Of a stretch of DNA of 64,000 bases, positions 48,385 to 60,363 are shown in pieces. The notes under the pieces were generated by a model. That model saw only the letters and a program-made list of their open reading frames with translations, ran no database searches and was not told the DNA's origin. Source of the stretch: Macrostomum lignano (lineage: Eukaryota); assembly GCA_002269645.1 (NCBI GenBank), contig NIVC01003583.1, forward strand, positions 24,575 through 88,574, in the 5' to 3' direction. The translations under genes and the position numbers were made by a program. Within the stretch, counting starts at the first letter, position 1. Every line of letters starts with the position of its first letter.

Positions 48385-51300
48385 AGTCCCTCACAAAGCA
48401 CACACACCAGTCCCTCACACAGCACACACACCAGTCCCTCACACAGCACACACACTCAGTCCCTCACACAGCATAGACACCAGTCCACCAGTCCCTCACA
48501 CAGCACACACCAGTCCCTCACACAGCACTGACACAAGTCGACCAGTCCCTCACACAGCATAGACACCAGTCCACCAGTCCCTCACACAGCACACACACCA
48601 GTCCCTAACACAGCACAGACACCAGTCCACCAGTCCCTCACTCAGCACACACACCAGTCCCTCACACAGCACACACCAGTCCCTAACACAGCACAGACAA
48701 AAGTCCCTAACACACCACAGACACCAGTCCACCAGTCCCTCACACAGCACACATACCATTCCCTAACACACCACAGACACCAGTCCACCACTCCCTCACA
48801 CAGCACATACACCAGTCCCTCACACAGCACACACACCAGTCCCTCACACAGCACATACACCAGTCCCTCACACAGCACACACAACACTCCTTCACACAGC
48901 ACACACACCAGTCTCTAACACAGCATAGACACCAGTCCACCAGTCCCTAACACAGCACACACACCAGTCCCTAACACAGCACAGACACCAGTCCACCAGT
49001 CCCTCACACAGCACACACACCAGTCACTCACACAGCACACACATCAGTCTCTCACTCAGCACACACACCAGTCACTCACACAGCACAGACACCAGTCACT
49101 CACACAGCACAGACACCAGTCCCTCACACAGCACACACACCAGTCCCTCACACAGCACACACACCAGTCCCTCACACAGCACACACACCAGTCCCTCACA
49201 CAGCACAGACAAGTCCCTAACACACCACAGACACCAGTCCACCAGTCCCTCACACAGCACAGACACAAGTCCCTAACACACCACAGACACCAGTCCTCCA
49301 GTCCCTCACACAGCATACACACCCAGTCCCTCACACAGCATAGACACCAGTCCACCAGTCCCTCACACAGCACACACACCAGTCCCTCACACAGCACACA
49401 CACCAGTCACTCACACAGCACACACACCAGTCCCTCACTCAGCACACACAGCAGTCACTCACACAGCACACACACCAGTCCCTCACACAGCACACACACC
49501 AGTCACTCACACAGCACACACACCAGTCCCTCACTCAGCACACACAGCAGTCACTCACACAGCACACACACCAGCCCCTCACACAGCACACACCAGTCCC
49601 TCACACAGCACTGACACAAGTCCACCAGTCCCTCACACAGCATAGACACCAGTCCACCAGTCCCTCACACAGCACACACACCAGTCCCTCACACAGCACA
49701 CACACCAGTCCCTCACACAGCACACACACCAGTCCCTAACACTGCATAGACACCAGTCCACCAGTCCCTCACACAGCACACACCAGTCCCTCACACAGCA
49801 CTGACACAAGTCCACCAGTCCCTCACACAGCATAGACACCAGTCCACCAGTCCCTCACACAGCACACACACCAGTCCCTAACACAGCACAGACACCAGTC
49901 CACCAGTCCCTCACACAGCACACATACCATTCCCTAACACACCACAGACACCAGTCTACCAGTCCCTAACACAGCACAGACACCAGTCCACCAGTCCCTC
50001 ACACAGCACTGCCACCAGTCCCTCACACAGCACACACACCAGTCCCTCACAGAGCACACACACCAGTCCCTCACACAGCACAAACACCAGTCCCTCACAC
50101 AGCACAGACACAAGTCCCTAACACACCACAGACACCAGTCCACCAGTCCTTCACACAGCACACACACCCAGTCCCTCACACAGCATAGACACCAGTCCAC
50201 CAGTCCCTAACACAGCACACACACCAGTCCCTAACACAGCACAGACACCAGTCCACCAGTCCCTCACACAGCACACACACCAGTCCCTCACACAGCACAC
50301 ACACCAGTCCCTCACACAGCACACACACCAGTCCCTCACACAGCACAGAAACAAGTCCCTAACACACCACAGACACCAGTCCACCAGTCCCTCACACAGC
50401 ACAGACACAAGTCCCTAACACACCACAGACACCAGTCCTCCAGTCCCTCACACAGCACACACACCCAGTCCCTCACACAGCATAGACACCAGTCCACCAG
50501 TCCCTCACACAGCACACACACCAGTCCCTCACACAGCACACACACCAGTCACTCACACAGCACACACACCAGTCCCTCACACAGCACACACACCAGTCCC
50601 TCACACAGCACTGACACAAGTCCACCAGTCCCTCACACAGCACACACACCAGTCCCTCACACAGCACACACACTCTGCCCCTAACACAGCATAGACACCA
50701 GTCCATCAGTCCCTCACATAGCACACACACCAGTCCCTAACACAGCACAGACACCTGTCCACCAGTCCCTCACTCAGCACACACACCAGTCCCTCACACA
50801 GCAGAGACACCAGTTCACCAGTCCCTCACACAGCACACACACCAGTCCCTAACACAGCACAGATACCAGTTCACCAATCCCTCACTCAGCACACACACCA
50901 GTCACTCACACAGCACAGACACCAGTCCCTCACACAGCATATACACCAGTCCCTAACACAGCACAGACACCAGTCCACCAGTCCCTCATACAGCATAGAC
51001 ACCAGTCCCTCACACAGCATACACACCGGTCCCTCACAGCACAGACACAAGTCCCTAACACACCACAGACACCAGTCCACCAGTCCCTCACACAGCACAC
51101 ATACCATTCCCTAACACACCATAGACACCAGTCCACCAGTTCCTCACACAGCACACACACCAGTCCCTGACACAGTATAGACACCAGTCCACCAGTCCCT
51201 CACACAGCACACACACCAGTCCCTCACACAGTATAGACACCAGTCCACCAGTTCCTCACACTGCACACACACCAGTCCCTCACACAGTATAGACACCAGT

Positions 51301-51450
51301 CCACCAGTCCCTCACACAGCACAAACACCAGTCCCTCACACAGCACACACACCAGTCCCTCACACAGCACAGACACCAGTCCCTCACACAGCACAGACAC
51401 CAGTCCTTCACACAGCACACACACCAGTCCATCACACAGCACAGGCACCA
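48385..51450. repeat. Large 24-bp-based minisatellite (cacacagcacacacaccagtccct)n with longer ccagtcca-containing variants, about 3.1 kb
   Basis: Direct observation; gives the spurious CVCCVRDW ORFs on the minus strand. Confidence 0.97.
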
Positions 51451-52105
51451 GCGTGATGATAAACACAGACACGCAGATATGGCCAAAAAGTCCACTAATT
51501 CTAAAAGCACAGCGTGCCAATAATAATTCGAAGGTAATTGCAAGTAAAATTGAAGCTGGATGAAATTTCTTACCTTTATTTAACTTTATAGAGATGTAGA
51601 AAAACAATTGATAGAATTATTTTCTTTCTATTGAGAGAGCTTTTACGTCCAGATAATCCAGTAATTGTGTATTTTTTGCGACCTGTTAATGGATTCTTGC
51701 AAGAATTATTTTCGTATATAATGTGGGTATTGGATCCCTAATGTAGAATTATAGCTATATACTGTCGCGTTTCCCAACGAGATTCCATTTCCAGGAAATT
51801 CACTGTACGCTATGAATTTTAATGCACACAGAAATTTCTTGGAAATTGTTCAACCAGACTATTGAGCTTAAAAAATAAGAATGTGCATCATAATTCAAAA
51901 GAATCTGGCAATAGCTACTCTGGCGAAAAAAGCCTAAACTCAGTGGTGCGGGCTGGCCTAAATTCCTATTACTCGTATTAAGAATCATAGCACAAAGCAT
52001 TCCTGGGGGTAGAAAGGTGGAGAATAAAGGCGGTTTTTTAATTCATCGGCACGTGCGTTGTCATGAGCAGTATTGACATTACCGCTAGCTACTGTCTCCA
52101 CAGCT
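51440..52105. repeat. Dispersed non-coding repeat core, copy c
   Basis: Homologous to 11454-12215 and 29700-30350. Confidence 0.7.
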
Positions 52106-53019
52106 AAAGAGGCTCTTCATATTGCTTGTTCTGGTTCTAGAACCAGAACCAGTTTGTAAAGTATAACTTTTTGTCTCCTTCACTAGAGGGATATACTTGC
52201 TATAAACTCTTAATTATTGAATGAAAATCGCCAAGAAGAAAGTGAAAAATTGTGCAAAGTGAGGCAGTCAAATATTAACAGAGTTAAATAATTATACTGC
52301 TGTTTTTCTTGGAAGATCCGAACCGATTCTGGTTCTGGAATTGGTAATGTGAAGAGGCTTAAAGTCTCAGTCACTTAACGCGTCAATAAGCGCAATAAAA
52401 ATACGTATAGAATATTGTTAAAATAAATTAAAGAATACAAGTAGTACATGCGAGCGAGATAAGGAGATACGGTACACATATACTGCTACGAATTACACTG
52501 TCACAAAAGTGCACTCTCCCTCCCCGCATTGGAAAAAGAGTGAATGACTAAGTGGGGAGAGGCCTGTGATTTTGTGAGAGCGCAAAACTCAGTGGCTTGG
52601 GCTGCCCCTATTTCGCCCTGCTCGCCCCGTCTCGTGTATCCATGCAACACCCACAGACCAAACACTAAACAGATACATTATACTCGCACTTCTTTGAATG
52701 TGTCTTCTTTCTGTTATACTGTAATGCTTCTGCTACGAGTGTGTATGCTTATTTACAAGACTTCTTGCACACTGTCTAACATTCTACATTATAGCTCCAG
52801 TACTAGTTCTTCTATTTCTAAATGTAACAATTCTTACAATAAGTAGTGTGCTTTACATGTACTTCTTTGCCTGTTGACCCTGTGCCTATCTATACGCCCA
52901 ACAGTATATTCGGCCTAGTGGCTAAACTCATTCGCTTTTGTATGCGCACAGCCTTGTCTAGAAACCCCAATTTTTTCACTATTGAAATCCGTAGCCTATT
53001 ACTGATGGCTTAAAACAGT

Positions 53020-53200
53020 AGTATACCCGGGAGCGCCTATTTGGGACCGGAGCCCGGTGGCCGAGGGAGAGAGATGGAGGAGATATAAGGTGAGATGTGG
53101 GGTGAGAGAGAGAGAGAGAGGGAGAGCGAGAGGCAGGGAGAGATGCAGGGTAGGACGCCAGCAAATGGGGAGGAGCCGATATTGATCGAACACCGACCTC
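53020..53200. repeat. GA-rich dispersed repeat shared with 31655-31810
   Basis: See 31655-31810. Confidence 0.6.
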
Positions 53201-54099
53201 AGTCTACAAAGTCCCTAAGTTTTAAGAACTAAATTTTAAGAATCCTCAGTTTGTAATGGCTTATGGCTGAAATGTTGTCTCACAGGGTAAGTTTAAGGCT
53301 CAGTACGGAGGTTTAACAATTGGATTCCCAAGGGTTACTTAGGAATCGTTGATAGGCCAAGCAACAAATGGAGAGTAAGAGATAGAGCATGGTGATGCCA
53401 AACTTTGATGCCAGCTCTCAATGTGGATGCTGATTTCTTAGGCTAGATTTGTCCCGCGCTTTTGTAAATTTTCAAAAACAAATAAGAAACCTGCTCGTTC
53501 AAGGAAAACTAGACTGTCAAGTTTCGAAGAAGAATTTTGATCAGTAAGATTATATATACATATATTTAAATAGTATATTGTAGTTCGTATATGCAAGAAC
53601 ATTTGCAATTTTTCGGTTAGAAAATCGCGCATACGACACAGTCGTATCAGGCGGTCTGTATCACAGTGACGCCAAATTTCTTCTAAGCTTCAGTACTTGC
53701 ATGAAAGGTTGAGCATTCTATTTAAACAATATGCAGTCTGGTTGCTTTAAAAAACTCTCCCTTAGAAGTTCAAACCCATGTTATAAGTATAGAACATGCG
53801 AATCAATGGAGTTGTATTATAGCAGTAGAAGCATCATTGTATCGGGCGCTCACATTCATGATACTCTTAGAAGCGATGTTTCAAAGAGGTGAACAAACAT
53901 ATTTTACGAATTTAAACAACTGCAATTTCGCACTATTCCCGCCATGAACTCTGATCTTCGTTAAACATTGGTTTGAATCGTCGAAAATGAAGAATCTGGT
54001 GAGGCAAATAGTTGGGTGATATTACATGTAACACAAGTTTTCAGTTTGAAGTAAGAGCTTCTTAAGAGGCTCAGTTAAAAGAGATCCGTTTCGAAATCA

Positions 54100-57000
54100 C
54101 TACGCCGACCGTTTCTCTTCGGCAGGGGCTGCAGCTCCTCCAGGAGCGCCCGCCGTTGCCGTGGCCGACTGTCTCCGCTTGGCCATCTGGCTCAGCTTCA
54201 GCGCCTCCAGCTCTTGTCGGCGAGCTTCTTCGGCCTCCCGGTGGGCGATGATGTGCTCCACCTGAGTCAGGAACTGTCAAGGAAGGAAAGCGGTTTGACA
54301 AATGGTGAAAACTAGCTTAAGGATGACTGCACAGATATCGGAACTCGGGTTTTTTAATTTGAGGCAAAGGGGGAGCTGAGTGCACCCTGGCGCACTTTAA
54401 ACGACGAAATTGTTACACAACAAGTTAACCCAAAAAATGTGACTAGTGTGTTATTTGTAATCGAGCCTGAGAAGCTGGCACATAAGAGTACTACTCTAGA
54501 TCACTAGGCAGCACTAGGGTAGAAATTTGAGAAGACAGGTGCATGGGTGGCTGTTTTGTGCTTCACTGGAGCATGCGCTGCATTGAGCACTACTGACATC
54601 ACTGCTACTGTCTCCAGCTCCACTAAGCTACAGTCTGAGTCGCTAAAATGCGTCTCCTGCGCTAATGTCCCAAATCACAAGAGTTACAATAAAATATCGA
54701 GTTTTCCTATACAAATCCTAGTTTCTCAACGCTGCCTATTTTAAAAAGCTGTCTAAAACCCCTGAAGTACTCAATTTTTCTTTAAAAGCAAGCAGAAGCA
54801 TCAGCATCAAACATCTGTTCCTGCATTCAATTTTCGACTACATTTATTTAGGACTCATCCACGAAAACTAGTTTTGCGCGATGCCCACTGCAACTTAGCT
54901 AACTACAGGCACCGATAAATCAAAAAAGGTTGAAACTTCTAGCAGGGAGGAGCGGGCTCACCTCCGGCTTTCTCGTGTCCTTCTTCTTCATGAAGTCGAT
55001 GAAAGACCGGGCACCGTGCAGCGACGAGAGCGTCTCGTTCATCTCCTGCGCCCGTTGACGCGCCTCCAGCTGCTTGGTGTCCTTGCGCTCCTCCGGGTCC
55101 TCCAGCGGCTGGCCAGCTGGCAGCTTCCGCCAGGTCTCCGGCTCCAGGTACCAGGCTCCGTAGCGGAACTTCATCCAGCCGGGGTCGGTAGAATCGCCGG
55201 CCTCTTTGCCCAGCCGGCGCAGATACTCGCGCTCCATCTCAGCCTCCTCGCGGTCCTGATGCCGCTGAGGTGGCAGGGCAATGTTTTGCCGCAGCTCCGG
55301 CGGGATGCTCGTCAGCTCCACGACGTGGATCGGCACCGACAGGGCCGGCTTGGTCTCGTAGCCGCTGGCGAAGAGGCTCATGACGGTGCTCTCCTCGATG
55401 TTGTTTGCTTCGCCGCCTAGGGAGGCAACCCATTCGCAGAAGTCCTTGGTAACCTGTTGGAGAGAAATAATAATATGAGCAAGAGGTTTTGTATGCCGCC
55501 CGAGTGCGATGAAATGCTATTCCGAGTTTGTCTATGGTAAAACCAGAAGTACCATTGTGATTTAGGGTGCCACTCCATTTAAGGTGTGATTTCATTAGAT
55601 GGGTGCCATTATATTTGAGGAAGCGCCTGTATTATCAATCGAATTATATTATAAGAGCTTTTAGTTTATGTTAGTACTGAAACTAATCCATCCGGACAAT
55701 TCTAATACTGCGAAATAAGCGAAACCGGCGCTGATGACAATTCTGAGCACAGACAAGCGCACCAATACTGTACGCTGGCACGCAATCACACACACGCTCA
55801 CACGGGGTGTACAGAGGCCCTGACTTTCTAATCGTCAACCATGTACACTCTCTGCGCCTTTGGGTTGGCCATTATGGGTGTGAATCGAACGACAACCTCC
55901 CGGACAAATGAATGTGGCCGCGGACGGAATGGAACCAGCAGTCGTGACGCGAGTGTTTACCACTGAGCTGCTCTCCCATCCTAGCCTACTACAAATAGTA
56001 CGAGTACACGCAGAAGCGCGCGCACCTTTTCAATATGCGGATCCTTGGCCGGCTCTTGGCGCAGCCGAGCGTCGGCGTCTCGTCCAGCCGCCGTCGCGGC
56101 CGCTTCCTCGCGTTTTTTAATCCATGAATAGAAGTGCCGGCCGTCCGCCGACTTGCTGCTCTTCGCGCGTTCGCCGGAGGCGCCGCCGCTGCCGTTCGAA
56201 TCGGCGCTGGTCTGCACCTCCTGGTGCCGGATGCTCGCCTGGTGCTGACCGTCAGCGCTCAACAGGGTCGCTTCATCGACGCCCTCCGTCTCCAGCAGGG
56301 TCATCTCCGGGTCTAGCAGGTCCACGATATCGTCGTACACCTTGAAATAGAAATCATGTAAAAGTTTTGATTGCTTCGAGAGCAGCAGCAAAAAAATAGA
56401 AAGAAGAAACATCTCAAATAATTGGGTATTTTTCTAAGATAAGGCTGTATGAGCTCGGCGTGAGCATAACGCGAACGAGGATGAGAACACTGGATCAGTC
56501 AGGAAAAATTCCAAGTTGGTTAACTGCGGATGTTTTAATTTTATTTGTGCGTCGGGCCATCATTAGTTTTGAACTCTTAATACAAGTAAGCCAGGTTTCT
56601 GAGTTTCTACTCTTTGTCAGCTGGTATTAAGCGCAGAGCAAGTTCTCCAGTGGATAAGACACATTCGCTTACCCTATTTAAGATTCCATTCAAATTCTTT
56701 AATCAATACTGAGAAATGTACACACTGTATACATTTACGTTTGAAATATTGTAGACAACGTGCAACCTTACGTATGGACACGTAATCCCAGAAACGTACA
56801 CCTTTTGAGTCACTCCCTGCACTTACGCGTACATGCGAGTACGACGCATGCATGTAGTGGTACAGGGACGAAAAGTGTTGTTTAGTAGTCCCGATTTGTA
56901 CTAGGAAAGATTTATTAACTCTGTAACCAGTTGAGATTCTGATGGTTATTCTGCAAAATTTGTTGCAAAATCTATATTCTAAAATGTTAACCTAAAACCT

Positions 57001-57960
57001 ATTCTACCGCTCTGTGTGCGCTTCTTACCTCCGGAGGAACCGACTCCTCCAGGTGCGGGTAGAGGGCCAATGGGTGTTGGACGAGTCCGTACTCCAGCTC
57101 AGAAATGTGCTGCCGCTGTTTTCTCTGCAGGGGCGTCTGCTTCGAGAAGCAAATCTCTTCTTTGGTGTAGCGGCCGTCGTTGACGCTTTGCTTAATCGGA
57201 GTGGCGCCTGTGTTGTGCGACTTTAGAGCGGGGCCCAGACCAGCGTTTGGATTCTGCGAGTTTTTCATGGGGAAGTATCGTAAATTCGTGACTCAATGAA
57301 TGCGCAAAATGTGTTCTTAAATGAGATAAATACATTTCAAAAATAGAGTGCGTCAATATTTGCTTCTAATCAAAATAAACCATCTCTCGAATTTCTCAGA
57401 AGATGCATTTCAAGGAATTCGACGAAAATAATTTTAGGCGTTAGTTACATCTTATTCTTAAATGCCGTATAAAACTGCTTTGAAACGTTGACCTTAGATT
57501 AGCAAAATATGCTGTCACCGAAGATAGCATTCAACTTACTCTGATAACAACAGATCCTTCTGTAATTGGTGGCAAGCCATCTCGAAAGTCATCCAGACCA
57601 TCTTTTACGAATACCCAGTCTTTTCCAACGTTTACTTTTCCAGGGTTGCCCGGTCCTGTCGCCTTTGAGTACTTTAAATTGATGCGTTCCTTGTACCTGA
57701 AATTAGGTGTTCATTTTTTATCTTTTTCCTTGTATGCTATTTATTTCGACTTAATCATTAAAAAATTATTACTTTATTTGGTGCCTCGCATCGGGGTTTA
57801 GGACAGATATCAGATTAATAGACAAAACAGTACATGTAGGTGTCCGTATCTTGCCTGCAATTTGAAACGCAAAATGGAAAAATACTTACCAAGGGATATT
57901 CTGCTTCTTTTTATCACTCTCTGTAGTTACCAGCAGTAGGTCATATTTCTTTTCAGCCAT
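54100..57960 (-). CDS. FAM47E: FAM47-family protein (FAM47E-like), 6 exons, 477 aa
   Basis: Exons 57890-57960, 57540-57696, 57029-57253, 56026-56340, 54962-55453 and 54100-54273, all GT-AG and phase-compatible (1434 nt). Motifs PWYKER, DWVFVKDGLDDFRDG, QHPLALYPHLEESVPPEVYDDIVDLLDPEM, VTKDFCEWVASLGG, SLFASGYETKPAL, KFRYGAWYLEPETW, KPEFL. Confidence 0.9.
54590..54680. repeat. Short intronic copy of the end of the dispersed repeat core
   Basis: tactgacatcactgctactgtctccagct...gctacagtctgagtcgcta...cctgcg..aatg.ccca matches 30260-30350 and 52070-52100. Confidence 0.6.
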
Positions 57961-58099
57961 TGTTTTGATATTAAATTATTGTTAGCGACGAAGCACTGTA
58001 AGCAACGAAGAAGCAACGTCGTAGAACATATGGGGCAAACGAAACGAGAATACCAGAAGAAAATTTTAGTAGAGAAGTCATTTTAAAACTTGCTAGAGT

Positions 58100-60110
58100 C
58101 TATAGCATTTTTAATATCTATATATATATCATTACATAAAACATATTTTAAAACACTCTTAAGATAGCCATCAGCAAAAAATATGATCCTATTGAAGAAA
58201 GCTTGTATAGTGGTGCAACATTGTTATAGTGCTTAACACAAAGCAAAATTAAAAATTATAAGCCGGATTCCGGATTCTGTTGTGGTGATTCCAGAAATAG
58301 AAACGTCAGGCGTAGGCGTAGGGTAGACGGTAGGCCTAGGTAACAGATACTGGCTATTGTGTGCTGCATAATGAGGCCTAACATTAGAAAAACAGTTGAT
58401 AGCAACCTAACATTCCTAACAGTAAGCTTTAACAATTCATATATTTTTTGCACACCTAAAATCAAATGAACAAACAATTCGAGAAGAATGCCAATATTAG
58501 GATTAGTATTAAGTAGTCCAGTCCTAAGTCTAAAAGTAGAAATCTTAAGCCTAACTTTCACTTTAAGTTGCAAATTTTCATAAAAATAAATTAATATATA
58601 TTATATGATTCATGATTGTCGATAAGTTGCATTTTATAATATTTAATAGGCTATCCATGACCATTGCAAGCATTGCTTAATTATAATATATTTTTTTCTT
58701 TATTGAAAAGACAATTTTGTTTCTTAAAAAGTAAAAGTAGGCCTTAGAAGCAATATTAAATATTATTTGTCTTGGCTTTATATTTATAATCAATATATAT
58801 TAGCTTTTGTTCTAGGCCTATGCCTTTTTTTCCCTTTTTAAATTCAAATTATATAAAACTTTTATTTATGCAACTTGAACTTAGTATTAGTATTATATTA
58901 TAGTAGTTTAGTATTATAGTTATAGGCCTAATTTATAATCAAATTTATTGCATTTAATTTAAAGTTATATTTTTTAAATGCTATGGTATAATAATAGGCC
59001 TAGGCCCTAATTATTTAATTTATATTTATAATTGAGAAAATCATTTAACTTAGACTTAGATATAAGTAGGCTTGTATAACTAGTTTTGCATATTATTAGT
59101 TATTTTTATATAGAAAATAATTACTTTTAAATAACTTAAAATTAAAGCTTAGTAAATGATAATAGATAATAGACAAGCTAGATAGCAAATGTAACATTAT
59201 TGAATGTCTACTTTTGTTTAAAACTTTAAATAATGTTTTCTAAAACATATTTGTTTAATGTAAATAATGTATATAATCTTAAATATGTTCTTTGCATATA
59301 AATAAGCTTTTTGGATCATATGCAGCATGCTATTGTTATTAGAATCTATTTTAAAATAATATTTTAATTTCTTTACTAATAGAGGTAAACATATACTTAA
59401 GAAGATTATAAAGTGTTAACAAGGACCAACATTCAAACAAAGCTGCTATTAAATAAGTTTTTTAATCTTATAGGCTTTTTTACTCTATTAAACTATTTAA
59501 CTATAAGAAATTTCTTGATTTCTTGAATTTTAAAAATAAGATCAAGTACTCAATTTATTTAACTATTGAGTATCAAGTTTAATACTTATTAGGACTCTAA
59601 TATAGGGTCTAGATCATTATATTATTTAAAACTCATTAAGTATTGCCTGGAAATTAGATAATATTATTTTTATTAGAAGATTAGGAATATAAAATAGGTT
59701 TAAAAAATTATATTGCATATCTAGCCCTAGTCTTCAACTAATATCAAACTTAATCCTAATCTTAACCCCAACCTTAATCCTAGCATATATCTATTGGCAA
59801 TGGAAATTACCAATAGTCAAATGATACTAGTCCCATGGAAAATATCAGTTATGTTTTTACCTTAGTTGAGTATCAAAATTGCACTCTTATCCTATTTTTT
59901 ATAATAGAATTGAATTGGCAAGTGTTTTTAGTTGTAATGATGATGTGTTTATATTAGAAAAATTATAAACTTAATTTATTTAGTTATTATATTGTTTCTT
60001 CATATGTGCATAAGCTAAAATTATCTTACAAGCTAAATTTATCCATTTTTGTGACCAAGATCTGTTTTAAAATATCATATGCATAACATAGTTAATTGAA
60101 TATGCAACTT
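58100..60110. other. Very AT-rich block between the divergent FAM47 and kinase genes
   Basis: Two lines counted by hand were 75% and 88% AT; no credible ORF; six AGGCCT palindromes at 58332-59001. Confidence 0.7.
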
Positions 60111-60363
60111 TCATGCCCCACTGTGCCTTGACTTGTTTAAAAAGCAATCACAGCGTACATTCCCACCCAGGAGCAGTCCAATCAACTGCAGCCAAATTTA
60201 TCCGGCACTATTTTAACTCCCTGCATTGCCTTAAAACAGTTTTTTCCAACTGCCAAAATTGCAACTCAAAGAGTGGAACAACTGCCAATTCGTTTGCATT
60301 CCAAAGCAAAGCACATTGGTCGGGTTATTTTGCCCAACCAGCTCCTAGTCCTTGCCTGGCGCC

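Noticed and set aside
48126-51607. Many Cys-rich CVCCVRDW ORFs suggesting metallothionein- or keratin-associated-like proteins
   Set aside because: They are translations of the 24-bp minisatellite; they occur in several frames with no start or splice context.
58250-60110. AT-rich block as a mitochondrial insertion (NUMT)
   Set aside because: No mitochondrial protein, rRNA or tRNA motif recognised.
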